This document shows positions 1-7,770 of a DNA stretch of 17,802 nt, piece by piece; position 1 is the first letter of the stretch, and every line of letters begins with the position of its first letter. The position numbers and the translations under genes are program-made. Source of the stretch: Oligoflexales bacterium (GTDB lineage Bacteria > Bdellovibrionota_B > Oligoflexia > Oligoflexales > CAIYRB01); NCBI GenBank assembly GCA_041736175.1, contig JBGSUI010000091.1:1-17802 (forward strand). Reading direction: 5' to 3'. Below the pieces are notes generated by a model. That model ran no database searches. It was given only the letters and a program-made list of their open reading frames with translations, and was not told the DNA's origin.

Positions 1-242
1 ATGCTTAGATAAGATGCCAATAAAATCGACACCAGCCCAAAATCTCCTCCAGATTTTTTAAAAAAACAAAAAAATAATTTATAATTATCAAAAATTATTG
101 ACCTATTTTTCTGTCTTTTGAGATTAAGGCCCCGGCATTGACCTCACTTTATGCCTAAAGATTACACAAAAGTTTGGAATTTTTTCACCAGCTGACTCCC
201 TTTGCCTCCCCTTGACTCAGTCGTCGACCACCAGCAAAAATA

Positions 243-255
243 TAACCATTAGATA
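243..255 (-). promoter_or_regulatory. possible IHF-binding site
   Basis: Minus strand TATCTAATGGTTA is one mismatch from WATCAANNNNTTR. It sits just upstream of the sigma54 promoter, where IHF sites usually lie. Confidence 0.35.
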
Positions 256-293
256 TAATTAACGACTTTTTTTAACCGGCCTCGACAGAGTCC

Positions 294-310
294 TTGGCAA
301 GGTCTTTGCA
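294..310 (+). promoter_or_regulatory. sigma54 (RpoN) -24/-12 promoter
   Basis: TTGGCAAGGTCTTTGCA: GG at 296-297, exactly 10 nt, GC at 308-309, in TGGCA and TTGCA contexts. It lies about 100 nt upstream of the CDS at 409. Confidence 0.75.
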
Positions 311-408
311 GTACTTCATAGGACAAGAGAATCGTAACCGTGAGTTCCTAAACAAAGTAAAAAAACCACGGACGAACTAACCTAAACCCCCTTTGAAAGG
401 ACCGTACC

Positions 409-678
409 ATGAAAATGCTTCCCGTGAAAATCATCGCCTCCCTAAGCTTGGTTGTGTTTGGAGCGATCAACTGCAAACCCAATTCCGGCTCTGTTGACGA
501 GAAAAGCGCTCTCAACGCTCTGGAAAGCCAAGAATCCGCTGCTGGCAGCGACCAAGGCGCTTCTTTTGCCCTAGCAGACCAAGGTGCTGAAGCTACTGAA
601 GCTACTGAAGCTACTGACGCTACTGACGCTGCACCCTGTCCCAATCCTGGTGCTAAGGCTCCAATTGAAACGTACTAA
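409..678 (+). CDS. small secreted lipoprotein with acidic Ala/Thr repeats (89 aa)
   Basis: GAAAGG RBS before the ATG. Basic N-terminus, hydrophobic stretch and AINC lipobox-like Cys. EAT/DAT repeats. Confidence 0.8.
   Translation: MKMLPVKIIASLSLVVFGAINCKPNSGSVDEKSALNALESQESAAGSDQGASFALADQGAEATEATEATDATDAAPCPNPGAKAPIETY
589..633 (+). repeat. 9-bp coding tandem repeat, 5 units
   Basis: GAAGCTACT x3, GACGCTACT, GACGCTGCA, encoding EATEATEATDATDAA. Confidence 0.9.
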
Positions 679-684
679 CATCTA

Positions 685-1215
685 TCAAGGTTCGACTTGA
701 TATCCCCCCTCCCTCCAGGAATCCATAAGAGACCTGAGGAGGGGGGGTTTTGTGCTATTGGCGGCAAACTGCTCAGCCCATCCACCTTTACCTGCCCAGC
801 TTCTTTGTGAGTTCATTCCTATAATTTTCCAAGGATCTAAATTTGCGAAAGACCTATTCTTATCCTTATCGAGGCCATAGTTTCCAGCAGATTCAGTGCG
901 GTTATGACAGGCACTGCAAAGTTGATGGTCATCTCGACCAAACGTTAAACTAGAAATGATTGATTTTAAGGTTTTTCCTTCAATATTGGCATTTGGAGCT
1001 AAACCTAGCTTTTCGAGGCGAATAGGCTCATTCCATGCTATCCAGGATTGTTTTTGCTTTTTTTCAAGATTTTCGATGCCTTGACTACCGACAGAAGTCC
1101 CCAAGGGTCTTTGACTCTGGGGAGAAACCTGAGTCGATCCACAACGAATCGTAAACACAAAGACGGCTAAAGCTGCGAGTCGGCAGGTAGGATGTAAAAT
1201 GAGGTTTATAAGCAT
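685..1215 (-). CDS. putative monoheme c-type cytochrome, probably exported or lipid-anchored (176 aa)
   Basis: GGAAAGGA RBS. Hydrophobic N-terminus ending TIRCG. One CSACH heme-binding motif, and a C-terminal helix ending W..GG. Confidence 0.7.
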   Translation of the reverse strand: MLINLILHPTCRLAALAVFVFTIRCGSTQVSPQSQRPLGTSVGSQGIENLEKKQKQSWIAWNEPIRLEKLGLAPNANIEGKTLKSIISSLTFGRDDHQLCSACHNRTESAGNYGLDKDKNRSFANLDPWKIIGMNSQRSWAGKGGWAEQFAANSTKPPLLRSLMDSWREGGYQVEP

Positions 1216-1331
1216 GGTTTTATCCTTTCCAAAATCCCGATCATGCCATCGGATCCAGTCCCAACAAAATTCAGATAAAAATTTAGATATTTGTTTTTAT
1301 TGCTTAATCATCAGACAAAATCATCAGCAGC

Positions 1332-1533
1332 CTACCGTTGGGCCTCAAACACCGATGCCATTTGCTCGATTTCCGCTGATTTAATCCCGTTCTTTTTTGC
1401 CAAGGTCCGCCACCCCTTTCGCACAGACAGGAGGAGTTGGATTATTTCTTCCTGCTGACAAGGTCCCCAAAAACTGAGGCTGCTCCCATGGAAGCTAAGA
1501 AGCGTAGACCAATACATCAACTTTCACGATCAC
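1332..1533 (-). pseudogene. hipA: hipA-type kinase toxin remnant (nonsense codon, large internal deletion, frame change)
   Basis: A GTG overlapping the antitoxin stop opens (M)IVKVDVLVYAS*LPWEQPQFLGTLSA, resembling a HipA N-terminus, with TAG at 1497-1495. A second frame gives EEIIQLLLSVRKGWRTLAKKNGIKSAEIEQMASVFE, resembling a HipA C-terminus. No kinase core lies between them. Confidence 0.8.
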
Positions 1534-1844
1534 TTTCTCCTACCGCCCGACAGGGTATCGATATCTTGCAACCGCCTTCCATCTGGATCCTCTGCAGCGA
1601 GTCGGGTCAAATCTTCAGCCAGCCCTAAGGCAAATAAGACACTCGCATAATGTCCTATGGAGACGCTTGACGAGCCTTTTTCGATCGCGGCCAAAGTCCC
1701 TCGGGCGAGACCAGCTCTTTCCGCTAGATTTTCTGTAGTCCAGTTCCGCCGCTTGCGTGCCAACCGAATGTTTTCTCCAGTAATTTTCAGAAAGCGAACC
1801 ACCTTCGGAAATAGGACGGCCTTACTCTTTCCTTTGCTGACCAT
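1530..1844 (-). CDS. XRE-family HTH regulator, HipB-like antitoxin (104 aa)
   Basis: GENIRLARKRRNWTTENLAERAGLARGTLAAIEKG is a classic XRE HTH. The C-terminal D..GRRLQD motif is typical of the subfamily found upstream of hipA. AAGGGG RBS. Confidence 0.9.
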   Translation of the reverse strand: MVSKGKSKAVLFPKVVRFLKITGENIRLARKRRNWTTENLAERAGLARGTLAAIEKGSSSVSIGHYASVLFALGLAEDLTRLAAEDPDGRRLQDIDTLSGGRRK

Positions 1845-1863
1845 TTTAAACAGATTCCCCTTA

Positions 1864-1977
1864 TTTGTTTAAATTAATGAACAAAGCCGCGCCCTCCCAT
1901 TGTAGCACTCCGCAGGTAACCTGGATATGGGCTTCTTTGTCCATTATTTTGATCAATAATATCGATTTTTGATCAAT
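1864..1977. promoter_or_regulatory. putative operator palindromes of the XRE antitoxin
   Basis: TTTGTTTA-AATTAA-TGAACAAA at 1864-1885. An inverted related copy, TTTGTCCATTATTTTGATCAAT, lies at 1936-1957 (17/22 identical). TTTTGATCAAT is directly repeated at 1947-1957 and 1967-1977. Confidence 0.55.
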
Positions 1978-1984
1978 TTTGGCA

Positions 1985-3979
1985 TCATCTAGGACTTTGA
2001 AAGTGGGGGATGGGCCTAAGGTCGTATTCCCCATCGGAAAGATCTTTTAAGGAGGTGTCCTCCGAGCTTTTTGGGCCCTTCGCCTTAGGAGATCTCTTTG
2101 GACTGAGCTCTTCAGCGACTTTAAGACGAGAAAATCTCATAAAGTATTCGGAGTCGTTCTGAAACTCATAAAGGGTTTCGGCATTAAAACCCTCAGGTAG
2201 CGCGGGAAACGGCGGCTTACTCGAGTCATAAAAGATCTGCTGTTCGGCGATGACATTGGTATAGAGCCGCCGCTCCATACTGGACTTCCAGTCATCCACC
2301 TGGCCCCTTAGGGTTTCAAAACTGATGGCTCCATATCCATGGACAACGTACATTCCTGGACGATCTGCGACGATTAGAGTACCAGTCCGGGGCTGCTGGC
2401 GCACAAAATGCAGAAACTGCTTATACTCCCTAAAGAGGACAAGAGTCTTTCCCAAGGGATTTCGCGCTGCATGACTGGTTCCGATAAACATTAAAACAAC
2501 CGCTGCACCGGGTATAAACAAACCATTTTTAGTTAACCTAAACAGCATCCATAGCCCATAAGCCGCCAAAAAAGCCACTGCAGGGGCATAGCTGATGGCC
2601 ACCCGATGACCCGCCGGCTCTTTGGGACTCCCCAAATAGTAGGAGAGTTGGGGCACAAGCAGCCCCACCGCTCCTATAAGCCCCAACCCAAGGATCCACC
2701 GATTCAATACCACGGAGTTTTGATCCAGATCTCCTTTGCCTCGGGTCGTGCGAATCATAAGAAACAGACCAAAAACCGCCAAAAGGGTCACCGGCAGTTG
2801 GGTTGGATACCCCACAAAATTCCAATCAAACCAATACTGCCCCAAGTCTTTGAGATGCTTTAGGAAATATTTAGCCGAAAAGGTAACTGTTCCATCAGGA
2901 TCCCCAGCATTGATAGAACTGGTAATCTGTTTTTGCCAGTTGACCGGAATAAAAAGATAGGGGATGACCAGCATACGGAGAGCCGAGGGCTGCCATTGAA
3001 TCTGCTTAAAGCGGGCTAAGATTACAATCCCCACGGGGATCGCTAAGATGATGGATTCGTAACGCCCTTGGGATGAGGCTAGCAACAGCAATAGCAGGAC
3101 TTCCAAGCGCAAGGTTGAGGGAGACTTGAGAAATTCCACACATTGCCACAACACCAACGTATTAAAGAGCGCTGTCATCGGTTCATAGCCGCTTGAACTC
3201 ATTCCGATCAACGATATGGGAATAGCGCAGTAACTCGCCACAACCAGCAGTCCATACACTGTGCCTAAAAATTTGCGCCCTATATGAAAAAACAGGGCAC
3301 CAGTGGCAAACGTGATGGTGAGGTTGACCCAAAATCCATTAAAGGCGTTGTAACCAAACAGAAAGTGATAGATAGATATAAAATAGGGATAGAGCGGTGG
3401 TCTTTTATCCACCACTTGTTCGAGAGTCTTAAAGCTATCGTAGTAAAAGGTCCCTTCGGTAATATTGTAGTAGGTTTGATTCATATAGAGTGAAAGAGCC
3501 GACCCTAAAAAATTGGTCTCATCCGCTAAAATCCGAAATTCAAATCCCACCGATGCCCACACCAAAAAGGACAAGAACAGCCCGACTGCCAGGGGTGCTT
3601 TTAAGGCGGCCCAAGAAACAGCAAGTTTGTTAGAGGCGCTTTCGCAATTAAGCCTATAAATGCTATGGATTGTAAGGATCAATTGCAACGAGGTACTGTA
3701 GAAAACTCCAACACAAAAGGCCTTTTCTACTCCCCACCACAGGGTATGCACAAAGGACATCCAGGTGGCCCCCGCAAGCGAAATCAAACCGAGTTCCATA
3801 TACTGGCGGGTGGACAGTAGGTTAACAGGAAACAATTTAAGTAGAAAGGCTTCGAGTCTAGGAAAAACCGGCGGCACAAGGTCCCCTGTTTTATGTACAT
3901 AGCCTAAATATTGAGGATTGTCGGCAGTCGCTGGATCGTTGGGACGCAGCCCATCCTTGTTTTTTGATTGCTGTCCCAT
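1985..3979 (-). CDS. polytopic membrane glycosyltransferase, GT-C fold (ArnT/PMT_2-like), 664 aa
   Basis: More than 10 hydrophobic segments, a DE motif (ADET) in an early loop, a DKRPPLYPY motif and a soluble C-terminal domain. AAAGGA RBS. Confidence 0.7.
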   Translation of the reverse strand: MGQQSKNKDGLRPNDPATADNPQYLGYVHKTGDLVPPVFPRLEAFLLKLFPVNLLSTRQYMELGLISLAGATWMSFVHTLWWGVEKAFCVGVFYSTSLQLILTIHSIYRLNCESASNKLAVSWAALKAPLAVGLFLSFLVWASVGFEFRILADETNFLGSALSLYMNQTYYNITEGTFYYDSFKTLEQVVDKRPPLYPYFISIYHFLFGYNAFNGFWVNLTITFATGALFFHIGRKFLGTVYGLLVVASYCAIPISLIGMSSSGYEPMTALFNTLVLWQCVEFLKSPSTLRLEVLLLLLLASSQGRYESIILAIPVGIVILARFKQIQWQPSALRMLVIPYLFIPVNWQKQITSSINAGDPDGTVTFSAKYFLKHLKDLGQYWFDWNFVGYPTQLPVTLLAVFGLFLMIRTTRGKGDLDQNSVVLNRWILGLGLIGAVGLLVPQLSYYLGSPKEPAGHRVAISYAPAVAFLAAYGLWMLFRLTKNGLFIPGAAVVLMFIGTSHAARNPLGKTLVLFREYKQFLHFVRQQPRTGTLIVADRPGMYVVHGYGAISFETLRGQVDDWKSSMERRLYTNVIAEQQIFYDSSKPPFPALPEGFNAETLYEFQNDSEYFMRFSRLKVAEELSPKRSPKAKGPKSSEDTSLKDLSDGEYDLRPIPHFQSPR

Positions 3980-4066
3980 CGTCAGAGAGTCCTTTAAAGG
4001 TGATCATGATCATAATATCACACCTAAAACGGACCTTTTGGGCACGATTTGCCTAGCACCTAGCTC

Positions 4067-5785
4067 TCAACTCCCAATTCTCAACTCCTCTACTAGGGGA
4101 AAAAACCGACCATCTGATCGCAGATTGAGGAGCCACCAAAGGGTGGCATTCACAATCTTTGCCTCTTTTTGACTCAGTGGGGTCAGGCTTTTTTTGTGAG
4201 AGCGACCCTTGGCCTTGTTAAACTGGGAAGCGACGATCAGGCCCCACAGCTCTGAGGCGACAGCACTGCTCAGTAGTTGGTCGATGGGGCCATCATAAAC
4301 CTTTGAGCTAATCGGTTGACAATCACAGATCCCATAAACATCCCACCGCTCCGATATCCCATTCCCTTGAGGCCTGGGTTGATTAGGCAGGTCCTGCCTG
4401 ACTGCCAACAACCCGGATCGATTGAGAAGGCTCTGGACTTTGGGGGACAAATCAATGGATTCGAGTTTTTCTATGAGCTTAAGTTCTGCCATATAGCGGC
4501 GTTTTTTAGCGGGCTGGAATAGGGTTGAAAATCCTTTTGATTTCTTTTGGAGTTTGGTTTTTAAGGTTCCCAAAGTTCTCTCAAAAAAACCTTTGATCAA
4601 TCGGATTTCATTTAACGTAAAAGTCGCTCCATCTCGGGATGTTTTTTGGCCAAAGATTTCGGCAATTATTTCGACTAAATCCGAAGCGGTCCTACGATCC
4701 CTCACCGCTCCGTAGGCTTGCACCACACCTGGGGTTATGCCATCCACTGCTAGTTGGTAGTTGTTGGCGTTTCCCTTAGAGATCGTAAAGGCCAACACCT
4801 GACGCTGGTGAATCAATGCACCGGAGGGCTTTTCGCCACTCAATTCGCATTCACAGAGCATCGCTTGAAAAAGACTCGACGTTTCTTCATAGGTGACATG
4901 ATAAGCCCTAAGGACCATTTTTAGGAGTTGTCGGGGGAGTTGGGAGGAAGTCTTAAGACGCTGGACTTCTCGGTAAATATTTTGGGCACTACTAACAAAC
5001 ATTTCTTTGTTTTCGGAATCAAACAGCCGGAAAAGTCCAGGTCGCTGGGGCAATTCGTCCAAGATCTTTTGTGGCACAGCCCAGCCTAGGCGCAAGGCCG
5101 ATTCCATGTCTCCCTGAAATCTAATGGCTTCGTCAATGCGTTCTATCTTTCGATCCTTAAGCCCTTCCATCAAAACCTCAAAGAGCCCAAGAGTGGCATA
5201 GCCGTCGGCCTCAGCCCGGTGCATATCTCCGCTTTCGATCCCAAAATACTTGACAAGTCCGGTCAGAGATTTGTCCGGTGTTTCAGGAAAAAGCCGCTCG
5301 ACCAAAAGGTGAGTGCAAAGGAAAAAATTATCAAACTCCTTTCCCGTGGTCGATTCGGTGAAGTAGCGGATAAACTTCATATCGCCAATCGTATTGTGGC
5401 TCACTAAAATTGAGTGACCCGCAAAATCCACAAACTCCGGCATAACCTCATGGATTTCTGGCGCATGACGCACCATCGCGTTGGTGATGCCCGTCATTTT
5501 TCGGACGATTGGTGGGATGGGAATTTTAGGATTAACAAGGGTGCCAAAAGTTTCTAAAATCTGTCCATTTTGGTATTTGATGGCAAAAATATCGGTGATT
5601 CCATTGCGCTCTGGGTTGCCCCCTGTAGTCTCAATATCAAACACAATGTAGCTACCCGAATCTATAGAGGTCTGAACCGCAGCCAAACTCTCAGGCCTGG
5701 TCGAAACGGCAGGCTTTTCAGCGACCGAGGTGCGATTTTTATTGCGCGCAAAGGGGCGCCTTTTTGGAGCTCGTTTTTGATCCAT
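4067..5785 (-). CDS. DEDDh 3'-5' exonuclease (DnaQ/PolC-like) fused to a degenerate UvrC-type GIY-YIG domain
   Basis: ExoI FDIETTG, ExoII SHNTIGD and ExoIII HRAEAD, followed by LPQRPGLFRLFD...MFVSSAQNI. The start was moved to the ATG at 5785, 2 nt after the upstream stop, rather than the TTG at 5815. Confidence 0.85.
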   Translation of the reverse strand: MDQKRAPKRRPFARNKNRTSVAEKPAVSTRPESLAAVQTSIDSGSYIVFDIETTGGNPERNGITDIFAIKYQNGQILETFGTLVNPKIPIPPIVRKMTGITNAMVRHAPEIHEVMPEFVDFAGHSILVSHNTIGDMKFIRYFTESTTGKEFDNFFLCTHLLVERLFPETPDKSLTGLVKYFGIESGDMHRAEADGYATLGLFEVLMEGLKDRKIERIDEAIRFQGDMESALRLGWAVPQKILDELPQRPGLFRLFDSENKEMFVSSAQNIYREVQRLKTSSQLPRQLLKMVLRAYHVTYEETSSLFQAMLCECELSGEKPSGALIHQRQVLAFTISKGNANNYQLAVDGITPGVVQAYGAVRDRRTASDLVEIIAEIFGQKTSRDGATFTLNEIRLIKGFFERTLGTLKTKLQKKSKGFSTLFQPAKKRRYMAELKLIEKLESIDLSPKVQSLLNRSGLLAVRQDLPNQPRPQGNGISERWDVYGICDCQPISSKVYDGPIDQLLSSAVASELWGLIVASQFNKAKGRSHKKSLTPLSQKEAKIVNATLWWLLNLRSDGRFFPLVEELRIGS

Positions 5786-5787
5786 TT

Positions 5788-7239
5788 TTACCAAACCTTT
5801 TTGCCATTCCACCAAGTTCCCCTCACCCCTCGCGGTAGCTGCATGCCATCATAGGGCGACCAGCCGCACTTGGAAACCACTTCCTGGTTGGAAACCACCA
5901 TTTCGGTCTCCCCAAGCGCTACAAAATCCGCTTGCTTACCCCCAAGGATCGCTCCCCGATTAGAAATCCCAAATAGCCTTGCCGGGTTAGCACAGGCCAT
6001 TGCAAGGATAAGGTCCTGATCCTGGGGACTTAACTCTCCAAGCTTTAACCCCGACAGCCTTAGGCACTCCAGCACTAGGGGCCAAAAATACTCTACTCCA
6101 GGAACTCCTGAAGGGGACCGACCCACCATGGCTACTTTTTCGGCTCTGGTATGGGGGGCATGGTCCGTAGCGAACATCTCGATAGCCCCAGCCCTCACCA
6201 GCTTTCTTAAGGCCTTCACCTCGTCTGGAGAACGCAAGGGCGGGTTCATCTTAACGTAGGGGCCAAGTGTCGCATAATCCTCGGTAGAAAAGATCAGGTG
6301 GTGGGGAGCGATTTCGCTCGTGCAGTGCAGACCTTTAGCCTTGTATTCCTGGATAAGCTCCACCTCGACGGGGGTGCTGCAATGGGCGATATGAATCGGC
6401 CTTTGGTAGGTCTTAAGACCCCACTCTAAAATGGTGCGGGTTGAGGCGTGGGCCGCAGCACTGCTTCTGATTTGGGAGTGGACCGCAAACCCTAGCGGGT
6501 CGGTCCGGCTGAGTTGGTCATGAAATTGTTTTTCGTTACAATCCACCTGGCATTGATCTTCGGAATGGAAGACGACTAACTTGCGGCCATCTTCGGGGAG
6601 ATAGCCTGCTAAGGTCTCCAGGTCGTCGTACATTAGCTCGCCGGTTGTCTTTCCATAAAAGACTTTAAGGGCACAGATAGGTAAGTCAGGGTCCGCTAAC
6701 AGGGGCCCTACCTCCCCAAGATTATGGGCCGAAACCCCCAGCAGCAGCCTAAAATCCAACCCCGATTGGACCGCAATCGCGGCTTTTTCGAGGATAGCCT
6801 TACGGCCTAGGGTGGGAGGGATCGTGTTGGGCATATCACAGACGGCAACCACGCCCCCTTTAGCGGCTCCACGGGCGAGGGTTTGCCAATCCTCTTTATG
6901 GGTCAAACCCGGATCACGGCTGTGTACATGGGCGTCGATGGCCGCTGGAATAAGGGTCGCACCGGCAGCATCAACCCACGCACCTGGGGAAAGGTCACCA
7001 AAATTTTGGACCTCCTCAAGGGGGATCCGCCTGGACTGGGGAGCGCTCTCGATCTCAGCCCATTCCCTTAAGATAAGTTCAGGGGGATTCCCCGCGGTCG
7101 TCTCCTCAAAGACACCATCGGGCCTTACGGTAAACCCAAAGGGCTGCCCCCGTAGGTCCCGCCCCCGCACCACTGTGATGGAACCTGGATGTTTACTGAC
7201 TTTTAAGGTCTCCGATGGAAATGGTTGTTTTTCAAGCAT
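5788..7239 (-). CDS. pyrC: dihydroorotase (cyclic amidohydrolase family), 483 aa
   Basis: DAHVHSRDPG with the substrate-binding Arg, DMPNT, LKVF (carbamylated Lys position), FHSED, HIAHCST, KMNPPLR, TDHAPH, PSGVPG and SKCGWSPY. AGGAG RBS. Confidence 0.85.
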   Translation of the reverse strand: MLEKQPFPSETLKVSKHPGSITVVRGRDLRGQPFGFTVRPDGVFEETTAGNPPELILREWAEIESAPQSRRIPLEEVQNFGDLSPGAWVDAAGATLIPAAIDAHVHSRDPGLTHKEDWQTLARGAAKGGVVAVCDMPNTIPPTLGRKAILEKAAIAVQSGLDFRLLLGVSAHNLGEVGPLLADPDLPICALKVFYGKTTGELMYDDLETLAGYLPEDGRKLVVFHSEDQCQVDCNEKQFHDQLSRTDPLGFAVHSQIRSSAAAHASTRTILEWGLKTYQRPIHIAHCSTPVEVELIQEYKAKGLHCTSEIAPHHLIFSTEDYATLGPYVKMNPPLRSPDEVKALRKLVRAGAIEMFATDHAPHTRAEKVAMVGRSPSGVPGVEYFWPLVLECLRLSGLKLGELSPQDQDLILAMACANPARLFGISNRGAILGGKQADFVALGETEMVVSNQEVVSKCGWSPYDGMQLPRGVRGTWWNGKKVW

Positions 7240-7315
7240 AGGGCGAACTCTCCTTGACGATGTCCATGAAGTTCCGCTCCTAGCCTGGCGACCGCCCCCA
7301 AACCTGGTGTCTCAC

Positions 7316-7765
7316 CTAGAGAGCTGCAGCAGGTTCTTCCCATAGGCGGCTGTGGCATAGCTCGCATCCGGGGTAGGTGAGTCCCTGGTCCGTATTGCCT
7401 TGCAGAACATTCCCATGACATGGGCTACAGGATTGTTCCGGTGTACGCAAGTCCGGGTGATGAAAAAAACGATCCATTAATTGTGAATGGGAGGTCGGGG
7501 CCCTTGACTCCCGTGTCTCATCGTCTAGCCAGCGAATCCCGTGGCAGGCAAAACAGGATGGCTCCCCCAAACTACCCCCCTGTAGGGTATCGCCATGGCA
7601 TTTGATACAATAAACCCGAGGACGACTCGCTGGTTCAGCATGGCTAACACCCTTCTGGATAGAGGTATGGACCCGAATCTCGCGAACAGGTGCACCCCCT
7701 TGGCGGCAGCTCACTAGAGCGCCCCAAAAAGCCAAAGACATAACAACACTTAAAAAGAATTCCAT
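7316..7765 (-). CDS. tetraheme c-type cytochrome lipoprotein
   Basis: Four CxxCH motifs (CIKCH, CFACH, CSPCH, CELCH) and a signal peptide ending LVSC. The start is uncertain: ATG at 7765, 7780 or 7789. Confidence 0.85.
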   Translation of the reverse strand: MEFFLSVVMSLAFWGALVSCRQGGAPVREIRVHTSIQKGVSHAEPASRPRVYCIKCHGDTLQGGSLGEPSCFACHGIRWLDDETRESRAPTSHSQLMDRFFHHPDLRTPEQSCSPCHGNVLQGNTDQGLTYPGCELCHSRLWEEPAAAL

Positions 7766-7770
7766 CGACT

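Noticed and set aside
311..408. Riboswitch in the long 5' leader
   Set aside because: The leader is A-rich and poorly structured. I could not match c-di-GMP or other aptamer consensus elements by eye.
348..644. 98-aa minus-strand ORF with ASV repeats
   Set aside because: It is the antisense shadow of the EAT repeats. The + strand ORF has the RBS, promoter and lipoprotein signal.
409..678. RiPP precursor (FALAD resembles the lanthipeptide FxLD leader motif)
   Set aside because: It has a lipoprotein signal and only one downstream Cys, and no modifying enzyme, protease or exporter is present in the window.
1332..1520. 62-aa ORF as an independent small gene
   Set aside because: Its first 20 or so residues are an out-of-frame reading of the hipA 5' end. 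It is better explained as part of the hipA pseudogene.
1216..1984. Mobile element carrying the toxin-antitoxin locus
   Set aside because: No integrase, transposase, tRNA attachment site or flanking direct repeats were found.
4039..4052. sigma54-like TGGGCACGATTTGC
   Set aside because: GG-to-GC spacing is at most 9 nt instead of 10, and it is on the strand opposite both flanking genes.
5788..7239. Allantoinase or dihydropyrimidinase assignment
   Set aside because: HxHxRxPG with the carboxylate-binding Arg, plus KMNPPLR and DHAPH, favours dihydroorotase.
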